From positions 1 to 28,932 of the forward strand of contig CAWVWD010000001.1 of NCBI GenBank assembly GCA_963933585.1: a stretch of DNA of 28,932 nucleotides, written 5' to 3'. Source of the DNA: an uncultured Saprospiraceae bacterium. Lineage in GTDB: Bacteria > Bacteroidota > Bacteroidia > Chitinophagales > Saprospiraceae. This document shows, one piece after another, positions 17,242-24,909 of this stretch. The position numbers were made by a program, and so were the translations under genes. Position 1 is the stretch's first letter. Every line of letters starts with the position of its first letter. The notes beneath the pieces were generated by a model. The model saw nothing but the letters and a program-made list of their open reading frames with translations. It was not told the DNA's origin and searched no databases.

Positions 17242-17510
17242 TCATTATTACTGCCAATTAGTCCTCGAACCATCATATAGATTCCTCCGACAGTGGCAAG
17301 TAATGCAAAAAGAGCGGTTAATAAAGGTTTTTCTAATCCAAAATATTGGTCAAGCTTACGCCCAATAAATGCTCCGATAGCAATTGTTCCTCCTAATTGA
17401 AGTGCAATGCCAGAATATCTGGCGTAAGCTTGCATTCCTTTATCTTGTCTAACTTGCTTCTTTTTTAAGTCGTTTGACTTGTGTTGATTTTCTTTCTGTG
17501 GCGTTTCCAT
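17238..17510 (-). CDS. AtpZ/AtpI family protein (2 TM)
   Basis: RYSGIALQLGGTIAIGAFIGRKLDQYFG pattern typical of the family. Confidence 0.88.
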   Translation of the reverse strand: METPQKENQHKSNDLKKKQVRQDKGMQAYARYSGIALQLGGTIAIGAFIGRKLDQYFGLEKPLLTALFALLATVGGIYMMVRGLIGSNNE

Positions 17511-17895
17511 TTTCTGCGGTTTGTTTACCCATTTTACAAGTTACATTAAATACAGCACCTGATTCTACAATCAATTTGCCAGTCGTAACTTCACCATTTA
17601 TTTTTGCAGATTCACGAACGTTCAATAATTCTTTTACATTCAATGTACCTTCAAATTTTCCTTGAATTACAGCATTCGTACAGTTGATTTGACCTTCGAT
17701 AAAACCGGTTATACCAATAATTACCTTTCCTTCACAATTCAAATTTCCACGAATCATTCCGTCAATACGAATATCACTTTTTGCGGTAACTTGTCCTTCT
17801 ATAACGGTTCCTTCTACTAAAGTATTCAGCGCACCTACAGATGCTGAAGAAATATTACTTTTAACTGTGCCACTTTTTTCTTTTCCACCAAACAT
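17449..17895 (-). CDS. Bactofilin (polymer-forming cytoskeletal protein)
   Basis: GTVIEGQV, DIRIDGMIRGNL, KVIIGITGFIEGQI, A-INGEVTTGKLIVESGAVFNVTCKM beta-helix repeats. Confidence 0.95.
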   Translation of the reverse strand: MFGGKEKSGTVKSNISSASVGALNTLVEGTVIEGQVTAKSDIRIDGMIRGNLNCEGKVIIGITGFIEGQINCTNAVIQGKFEGTLNVKELLNVRESAKINGEVTTGKLIVESGAVFNVTCKMGKQTAENGNATERKSTQVKRLKKEAS

Positions 17896-17916
17896 AGTAC
17901 TGTAAATATTAATTAT

Positions 17917-17969
17917 TAACTATTAATTATGACCTCATTAATCGAAATGTAAGTCATATTTGATAGTTA
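17917..17969. repeat. Imperfect 17-bp inverted repeat made of heptamer units
   Basis: taactattaattatgac vs reverse complement taactatcaaatatgac (15/17). Confidence 0.55.
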
Positions 17970-18128
17970 ACTTAAATGATTTGATTAATCTAATTGATTA
18001 TATTCATCGAAACTGAAAAAATAAATAATGGTTATTTTCCCAATCATTATGTAAATTTAAGTAATACCAAACTCCATTTTGGTAAGAATGTATTCCTTTC
18101 CGACCAGGCTGAATCTTGGTCTTATACC

Positions 18129-19022
18129 CTAATTAAAGTTAATATATTCCGCCGGATTCACAGGATTCCCCCTATACCAAAGCTCGAAATGTAGGTGAGG
18201 TCCATCGGTTAATTCACCTGTATTTCCAATAATAGCAACGGCTTCGCCTGCGTTGACAAAACTACCAACTTTTTTTAATAAAACAGAATTGTGTTTATAA
18301 AATGATATAATATTATTTTCGTGTTGAACAGCAATGACATTTCCAGTGTCATAAGTCCAATCAGAAGTAATCACCATTCCATCCGCAACTGCCTTAATCG
18401 GTGTGTTTCGAGGAGCAATAATATCTATTCCGTAATGTTTTTTGTCCGGTCTAAAGCTGGCACTTGTTGTGCCTTGAATTGGTGGTACAAAAAACATTTG
18501 TTCAATGCTTTTCGTATTTTCAGTAAAGTTGGACTTTACTTCATTATCTCCTCCTCCTGCGAACTGTCCGGTTTCCACCACTCTTCTTAGCTGGTAATCG
18601 GCTGCATTTGGCTCTACATTCAATATCGTGTCTTTCACCGCTTCACTTTCATCTTTTACATTCTCCGGTTTGTATTCCACATTATTCGTCAGTGCATTTC
18701 GGACACTTTCTAAATATATTTCTCGTGCTTGAACTTCCGCTTCCAATTCATATAATCGGCGTTCGATTTTATAAATCTCTTGATTCGAGTTGACTTGTCC
18801 GTAACCGGGAAGATATTGTTTGATAGGCGTGAATATGAAAAGCAGAATGACTAAGGTCACTAAGAGTACCAATACAATACTGAATGAAATATAGACATTC
18901 ATTAATGTTAAACGATAAGAACCAACCTCTTCAAAGGTTTCGTCATTCATTACTACTAATCGGTAGCGATGTTGTAACCGTTCCTTTCTCTGTTCCCACC
19001 TTTTATTCTGTTCCTTTGCCAT
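18129..19022 (-). CDS. M23 family metallopeptidase with N-terminal TM and coiled coil
   Basis: HYGID (HxxxD), YKHNS, TGELTDGPHLHFELW (HxH); TM segment ISFSIVLVLLVTLVILLFIF. Confidence 0.95.
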   Translation of the reverse strand: MAKEQNKRWEQRKERLQHRYRLVVMNDETFEEVGSYRLTLMNVYISFSIVLVLLVTLVILLFIFTPIKQYLPGYGQVNSNQEIYKIERRLYELEAEVQAREIYLESVRNALTNNVEYKPENVKDESEAVKDTILNVEPNAADYQLRRVVETGQFAGGGDNEVKSNFTENTKSIEQMFFVPPIQGTTSASFRPDKKHYGIDIIAPRNTPIKAVADGMVITSDWTYDTGNVIAVQHENNIISFYKHNSVLLKKVGSFVNAGEAVAIIGNTGELTDGPHLHFELWYRGNPVNPAEYINFN

Positions 19023-19096
19023 TCGTTTGTGTTAATACTTCGTCGTTTGAATTTACAGAATAAAACTATTTATCGCTTATTTTATATAATTTGAGA

Positions 19097-19104
19097 TAAA
19101 TTTG
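19097..19104 (+). promoter_or_regulatory. Candidate -7 box (TAAATTTG) for the TPR gene
   Basis: Exact TAnnTTTG match in the divergent intergenic region. Confidence 0.4.
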
Positions 19105-19340
19105 CATTAAAACCGTTATTTGAAACGATATTTTTAATTTTTATGCGTTCTGTAAAATACAATCCCCCAAAGTTCGTAAATTAATTCATATTATTATAAT
19201 GCCATTATTAAACTATGGGCGATAAATTATAAATTATGACTTTCAACCTTTATATTTTTTTAATTTTAATTGATAAATAGAGGGTTGATCCCAACTTGTA
19301 AGTGAGGATAAAACTAAATCGACAAAACACGAATCATACG

Positions 19341-22166
19341 ATGTTGAATTTCAAAAATTTTAGATTTTTTATATTACTTTCTTTCACCATTTTGGTGGCT
19401 TTACCAGTTTATGGTCAGAAGAAGAAAGAAGAACAGACGATAGCCAAAAAGGCTTATCATGATTTGACTCATAAATATAATGCTTATTTCAATGCAGATT
19501 TAAAAATGCAGAAAGTCATTAAAGCATTAGATGATCAACATCAGGAAAATTATAATCAGATTTTACCAATGTATCGTTTTCTCGCAGCAGAGAATCCAGA
19601 ATCTTCTTCCGGAGATTTGGACATTGTGATTAAAAAGTCTGGTGTCGCAGTTTCATTACATCGAATGAGTCATTGGACGGATGATAGTTATTTATTAATT
19701 GGTCAATCTGAATTCTTAAAAAGAGATTATCAAGATGCAGAAAGCACATTTAAGTATATTATCTCTGAGTTAGATCCAGAAAAACTGGAAAAAGAACGTG
19801 CGAAGAAAAAGGGCAAAAAGAAGAAAAAAGGTAAGAAGTCTCGTACTAAGAAGGAAAAGAAGAAAAATCAAGGCTTGAAGAAGGTGAAGCGTCCGAGAGA
19901 TAGATATGGAAACTTGGTAGAACCCAAAGAGGAAGATAAACCGAAAGAGGTCATTGCGGAAATACCGACGGATGACGATGCGAAAAAGTACTTCTTAAAA
20001 CATCGTCCTGCACATAAGGAAGCAATGCTTTGGTTGGCGAAAACGCAGGTCGCATCAGAACGTTATGATGAAGCATTTATCATTCTAAATAGATTACGTA
20101 GAACGCAAACATTGCCGCAGAATATTCAGGCAGAGATAGAAGCGACGGAGGCCTATGCGTATTTGAAATTGAAGGAATATGATAAAGCAGTTACCCCTTT
20201 GACGAGAGCGGTGGCATTGTCGAAAGATAGAAAACAAAAGACTCGTTACACATATATTTTAGGACAATTACACCAAAGAGCAGGACGAGGACAAGAGGCA
20301 TATGCAACTTATGAGCAGGTTTTAAAATTGCGTCCGGTGTATGAAATGGAATTTAATACTCGATTAAGTATCGCTCAAAATTCTTATGAGAATGGAGACG
20401 GTTCAATGGACGATGCAATTCGGGATTTGGAAAAAATGCTGAAGGATGAGAAAAATGAGGAATACCTTGATCAGGTTTATTTTGCGATGGCAGAAATAGA
20501 ATTGAAGCGAGATAATCGTGATTTAGCAATTTCTCACTTGCAACGTTCTGTTTATAACAATGTCAAAAATAAAGCTCAAAAATCAGAAGCTTATTATCTG
20601 TTAGCAGAATTATTCTATGAAGATGAGATTTACACGAATTCTAAATATTACTACGACAGTACTTTGACGGTAATGGGAAAATCGGATGAGCGTTATTTAT
20701 CGGCGGAATCTCGTAGTATTTCACTAAAGGAAATCGCTGAAAACATTGAGGTTATTGAAATGCAAGATAGCTTGATTCACATTTCAAAAATGTCCGAAGA
20801 TGGAAGAATGGCTTTAGCTTTGCAAATTAGAAAAGAGGAACAGAAAGCAAAAGAAGCTGCCGCAAAAGGCAAAAAAACAACAGGGAGAAGAACGAAGGCC
20901 ACTAATTTAACAACGGCAAGAGCTAGTAGCGGACGAAACGGAGCTGCAAATATTGGAACTTGGTGGGCTTACGATTCCGATGGCGTTCGTAAAGGAAAAC
21001 GAGATTTTGAACGTAAATGGGGACAGCGAAGACTTTCGGATGATTGGCGACGTTCTAACCGAAAAGGTAGTGAAATCGGTGGTAGCGAAATCGAGGAATA
21101 TAGCAGCAGTTTCACGGAATTAACTTCTACGGAAGTAGATGGAATTTTTAAGAAAATGGGCGTTCCAGAAACGGATACTCAACTCAAAACTGCAAATGGT
21201 AAAATCAGTGATGCCATGGCTTCTTTAGGTCCTTTGTATCGGGATAGATTAAAAAATAATCGGAAAGCAATTGATATCCTGGAACAGTTAATGACTCGTT
21301 ATCCTGAAAATAAATACAAAATGGAATCGGCTTATTTACTCTATGTAATGTATCGCGAAAAACCTGATTTCGTGAATGCCAATAAGTATAAAGATATTGT
21401 CCTAAACACAGATAAGGAAAGCAAATTCGCTAAAGCAATTACAGATCCAAAATTCTTGGAAAAAGAAACGCTAAAACAAGTTCGTATCGCAGATTATTAT
21501 AATAATGCATATGAACTATTCGAAAAAGGAAATGCGAAAGTAGCATTGGATAAGGTAGATAAGGTAGATAAATTATTTAATCCGAAAGAAAACTTGATGA
21601 GGGCTAAGTTTGCTTTATTAGCAGCAATGTGCGAAGGAAGTTTGAATGGAAAAGGTCCTTATAAGATTGCATTAAATGAAGTGGTGAAAACGTATCCCGA
21701 AACAGATGAATCCAAAACGGCTGCAAATATTTTAAAGCATTTAGGAAATGATGGAACGGCTTCTGCAAAGCCAACGACTAAAAAAACAGATGGGCTATTC
21801 TCAACGGAAGATGGAACGCATTTCTTCATTGCAAAATATGATCCAGGAGTATTGAGCCGGAATGATATTACCGCTAAGTTCTCAGATTATAATAAAGAGT
21901 TTCATAGTTTGGAACGTCTGAGAGTAAATTCCATTTATTTGGATTTGAAAACACCAGTTTTAGTTGTAAAACGTTTCAAGTCAAGAGATGAAGCAATGGA
22001 ATATTATAACAGTGTGATGAACGGAAATATAGAAAAAGCAATGGGCAATTCGTTGGATAATTTGAAAATTATTCCGACAGTGATTTCTCAAGATAATTAT
22101 AAAACGATTGTTCGTAAAAAAGTGATTGATGAGTATTTTATCTTCTTTGAAGAAACCTATAGATAA
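19341..22166 (+). CDS. sprE: Large TPR protein, SprE/PorW-like (type IX secretion/gliding); ATG at 19341 preferred over the ORF-track start at 19302
   Basis: AYHDLTHKYNAYFNA N-terminal motif, TPR helices, KMLKDEKNEEYLDQVY, W-AY...F-RKWG-R-LSDDWRRSN motif; adjacent to the M23-bactofilin-atpZ block. Confidence 0.8.
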   Translation: MLNFKNFRFFILLSFTILVALPVYGQKKKEEQTIAKKAYHDLTHKYNAYFNADLKMQKVIKALDDQHQENYNQILPMYRFLAAENPESSSGDLDIVIKKSGVAVSLHRMSHWTDDSYLLIGQSEFLKRDYQDAESTFKYIISELDPEKLEKERAKKKGKKKKKGKKSRTKKEKKKNQGLKKVKRPRDRYGNLVEPKEEDKPKEVIAEIPTDDDAKKYFLKHRPAHKEAMLWLAKTQVASERYDEAFIILNRLRRTQTLPQNIQAEIEATEAYAYLKLKEYDKAVTPLTRAVALSKDRKQKTRYTYILGQLHQRAGRGQEAYATYEQVLKLRPVYEMEFNTRLSIAQNSYENGDGSMDDAIRDLEKMLKDEKNEEYLDQVYFAMAEIELKRDNRDLAISHLQRSVYNNVKNKAQKSEAYYLLAELFYEDEIYTNSKYYYDSTLTVMGKSDERYLSAESRSISLKEIAENIEVIEMQDSLIHISKMSEDGRMALALQIRKEEQKAKEAAAKGKKTTGRRTKATNLTTARASSGRNGAANIGTWWAYDSDGVRKGKRDFERKWGQRRLSDDWRRSNRKGSEIGGSEIEEYSSSFTELTSTEVDGIFKKMGVPETDTQLKTANGKISDAMASLGPLYRDRLKNNRKAIDILEQLMTRYPENKYKMESAYLLYVMYREKPDFVNANKYKDIVLNTDKESKFAKAITDPKFLEKETLKQVRIADYYNNAYELFEKGNAKVALDKVDKVDKLFNPKENLMRAKFALLAAMCEGSLNGKGPYKIALNEVVKTYPETDESKTAANILKHLGNDGTASAKPTTKKTDGLFSTEDGTHFFIAKYDPGVLSRNDITAKFSDYNKEFHSLERLRVNSIYLDLKTPVLVVKRFKSRDEAMEYYNSVMNGNIEKAMGNSLDNLKIIPTVISQDNYKTIVRKKVIDEYFIFFEETYR

Positions 22167-22172
22167 TATTTG

Positions 22173-22230
22173 ATTGTTTGTTCGATTGTTAATCATTCAG
22201 TGACGAAAAACAATCGAATATTCAAACAAT
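22173..22230. repeat. Imperfect inverted repeat downstream of the TPR gene
   Basis: attgtttg-ttcgattgtt vs reverse complement attgtttg-aata-ttcgattgtt. Confidence 0.55.
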
Positions 22231-22247
22231 TAAATAAATAAAAAGGT

Positions 22248-22508
22248 ATGAAGTATCATATTTAATACCAACGCTATTCCTTTCAAAATTTGGCAGATGC
22301 ACCGCTAAATCGGGGGAAATTGGCTGTGATGGATGAAGAAGCTTTTGAAATGTCTTTCAATTTTCAGCTGCAAGGAGGTACGAACTTTAGCATTCATCTT
22401 GAAAGGAAGGATAAAATAGATTATATCCAAATCTATGATGATTGTAATCGTAGTTTGGCAGAAAAATTTGCTATTTACGTTAGAGGAAAAGAATTTTTTT
22501 CTAAATAA
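22248..22508 (+). pseudogene. Small ORF with an in-frame TAA at codon 6, or a real 59-72 aa protein from a later start
   Basis: ATG AAG TAT CAT ATT TAA TAC CAA... continues in frame into the 22290..22508 ORF; a terminator follows. Confidence 0.35.
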
Positions 22509-22558
22509 CAACCTTCTAACGTGATTGAAACACTGATTTTTGCTGAAAAAAATATTAC

Positions 22559-22596
22559 AAAAATGGCGTGAATGTTTAAACATTCACGCCATTTTT
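22559..22596. terminator. Perfect 38-bp palindrome, bidirectional terminator
   Basis: aaaaatggcgtgaatgttt|aaacattcacgccattttt between convergent units. Confidence 0.85.
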
Positions 22597-22683
22597 ATTC
22601 TGCGAAATCTGCGAAATTTCTCCTAAGAAAAAAATCTGCATCAATCCGTTCAATCCGTATTCCCATCACATTAAAGCGAAAAT

Positions 22684-23706
22684 CTAAAAATGATTCCAAC
22701 CTTGAGCCGTTAATTTATGAATATTTCCACCTGTTGTGTGCAACATAATTCCGTCCTCTTTCTTCACGATTTCACCAATGATTGCCACATTTGGCATATA
22801 TTGAACCTTTTCCAAATCCGACTCTGCGATTGTAAATAACAACTCATAATCCTCTCCGCCACTCAATGCACAAGTGATTGGATCGAATTTGAATTTAATC
22901 GCTTGTTCTTCCGTATCTGGATGAATCGGAACGTTCGCTTCTTCTACGAATGCACCAACATCTGATTGGGAACAAATATGATAAAGTTCCGAAGCCAAAC
23001 CGTCCGAAATATCCATCATCGAAGTTGGGATAAGGTTTGCTAAAGCAAAATGCTCAATCATATCGCCTCTTGCTTCTGGTTTCAATAATCGTCCGACTAA
23101 ATAGTCTTGCTTTTCCAAATCAGGTTTTACATCCGGATTTTCAAGGTAAATTTGCTTTTCACGTTCTAAGATTTGCAAACCCAAATAAGCAGCACCCAAA
23201 TCTCCGGTAATGCACAAAATATCACCAGCTTTCGCTTTATTACGATACACTAATTTATCCGTTTCGCCTTGTCCGATTGCCGTAACGCTAATCACTAAAC
23301 CCTTCAAAGAGGAGGTCGTATCACCACCGATTAAGTCTACGTTATATTTTTCACAGGCCAAATAAATACCTTCGTATAATTCATCCAACGCTTCTACAGA
23401 AAAGCGATTTGAAATCGCAATGGAAACTGTAATTTGTTTTGGAATCGCATTCATTGCATAAATGTCTGACAAATTTACAACCACCGCTTTATAACCCAAG
23501 TGCTTCAAAGGAGTGTACATCATATCAAAATGAATCCCTTCCAAAAGCATATCGGTCGAAATTACCGTTTTGAATTTTCCATTATCAATCACCGCTGCAT
23601 CATCGCCAATTCCTTTCAATGTCGATGGTTGTTTTGGTTGATAATTCCTCGTTAAATGGTCAATTAAACCAAATTCTCCTAAACTATTTACGTCTGTTCT
23701 TTTCAT
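22684..23706 (-). CDS. thiL: Thiamine-phosphate kinase
   Basis: GEFGLI, GIGDDAAV, EGIHF, VNLSDIYAM, GGDTT, MMDISDGL, SGGEDYELLFT. Confidence 0.97.
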   Translation of the reverse strand: MKRTDVNSLGEFGLIDHLTRNYQPKQPSTLKGIGDDAAVIDNGKFKTVISTDMLLEGIHFDMMYTPLKHLGYKAVVVNLSDIYAMNAIPKQITVSIAISNRFSVEALDELYEGIYLACEKYNVDLIGGDTTSSLKGLVISVTAIGQGETDKLVYRNKAKAGDILCITGDLGAAYLGLQILEREKQIYLENPDVKPDLEKQDYLVGRLLKPEARGDMIEHFALANLIPTSMMDISDGLASELYHICSQSDVGAFVEEANVPIHPDTEEQAIKFKFDPITCALSGGEDYELLFTIAESDLEKVQYMPNVAIIGEIVKKEDGIMLHTTGGNIHKLTAQGWNHF

Positions 23707-23719
23707 TTATTTTCTATTA

Positions 23720-23877
23720 TTCACCGCAGCATTCGGGGAGTTTCTTAGCGTTTTTTTGATTTTCACTTCGTTCAATTTTTTTACTTATTATTTTTACCGA
23801 TTGAATAAATTTGATCGTATAAAAAAATTGCGAAGCAATAAAAAAACGCTGTGGAACTCCTAAAACGCTGTGGTGAA
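23720..23877. repeat. ~158-bp nested inverted repeat filling the MBL-thiL spacer
   Basis: 38-nt arms ttcaccgcagcattcggggagtttcttagcgttttttt vs reverse complement ttcaccacagcgttttaggagttccacagcgttttttt, plus an inner cttcg..caatttttt pair. Confidence 0.7.
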
Positions 23878-23879
23878 AT

Positions 23880-24515
23880 CTATTGTACAAAAGAATTATT
23901 TAATTTTTCAAATCCAACGGTCGTCACCTCGCCATGACCAGAATAAACTTTCGTTTCATCTGGTAAGGTGAAAAATTTCGTGCGAATAGAATTGATTAAC
24001 GTATCAAAATCGCCACCCGGCAAATCTGTTCTACCGATACTTTGACGAAATAAAACATCGCCACCGATGACAAAGTTATCTTTTCGAGCATAAAAAGAAA
24101 TACTTGCTGGCGAATGTCCCGGCGTGTATAAAACTTCCAATTCGGACTCCCCAAAAGTGACCACATCGCCTTCGTTCCAAAATACAGAAATTGCAGGAGA
24201 TTGTTCTAAAGTCAGGCCGTATTTTTGAGCGGCTAACATAGAATATTCAATCATTTGCTGCTCCTCTTTGTGTGATTCTAATGGTAAATTATATTTTTCG
24301 GAAACGAATTTATTACCAAAAATATGGTCGATATGACAATGTGTATTAATCAATCGAACAGGTATTAATTCCCGACTTTCGATAAACTTTACCAAACTAT
24401 TTCGTTCCCTATCATCATAACACCCCGGATCTATAATGACACATTCTTTCGTATTGTCATACAATATATAAGTATTTTCTTGGAACGGACAAAAAGTAAA
24501 TTTTACAATATTCAT
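23880..24515 (-). CDS. MBL-fold metallo-hydrolase (glyoxalase II/YcbL-like)
   Basis: NTHCHIDH, TPGHSP, GGDVLF, GRTDLPGGD, SGHG. Confidence 0.95.
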   Translation of the reverse strand: MNIVKFTFCPFQENTYILYDNTKECVIIDPGCYDDRERNSLVKFIESRELIPVRLINTHCHIDHIFGNKFVSEKYNLPLESHKEEQQMIEYSMLAAQKYGLTLEQSPAISVFWNEGDVVTFGESELEVLYTPGHSPASISFYARKDNFVIGGDVLFRQSIGRTDLPGGDFDTLINSIRTKFFTLPDETKVYSGHGEVTTVGFEKLNNSFVQ

Positions 24516-24541
24516 ATTTGGATACAGATTTTTTGATAACC

Positions 24542-24574
24542 AGACCTGACCGATTTTTAAAACGGGTCAAATCT
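24542..24574. repeat. Degenerate REP-like palindrome (ACCTG..TTTTAAAAC..GT family)
   Basis: agacctgaccgatttttaaaacgggtcaaatct, imperfect hairpin. Confidence 0.45.
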
Positions 24575-24788
24575 TTACGAAAAACAACTTAAAAGATAAA
24601 TTAAAAACTCAACAACCGTATGATTTTAAACGTTATACAAAAGGTTGCCGCTGAAAACTTAAAGAAATCAATTTTTACTGATTGTTAAACTATGTTAATC
24701 CCAACTATTCTTCTAAGATAAGTCGTTTTTATAAATAAATATCTGGTTAAATATTTTGCGAAAGCAAAAAAATAAATCAACTTTAGTG

Positions 24789-24796
24789 CAAAAATA
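24789..24796 (-). promoter_or_regulatory. Candidate -7 box (TATTTTTG) for the MBL-thiL unit
   Basis: Exact TAnnTTTG match on the minus strand in the divergent spacer. Confidence 0.4.
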
Positions 24797-24806
24797 GGAA
24801 AAAGAC

Positions 24807-24891
24807 TTTAGTATTTAGATTTTAGTATTTAGACATTGAACATTAGATTTCTAACGTCCAATATCTGATGTCTAACCTCTAATATCTAACC
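24807..24891. repeat. Inverted heptamer array (6 + 6 units) immediately upstream of the Omp85 gene
   Basis: tttagta tttagat tttagta tttagac attgaac attagat / tctaacg tccaata tctgatg tctaacc tctaata tctaacc. Confidence 0.75.
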
Positions 24892-24909
24892 TGTAAATAC
24901 CAAAAGACT

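Noticed and set aside
19302-19340. GTG start for the TPR protein
   Set aside because: The ATG at 19341 gives a normal-length signal peptide; the extra 13 codons add nothing recognisable
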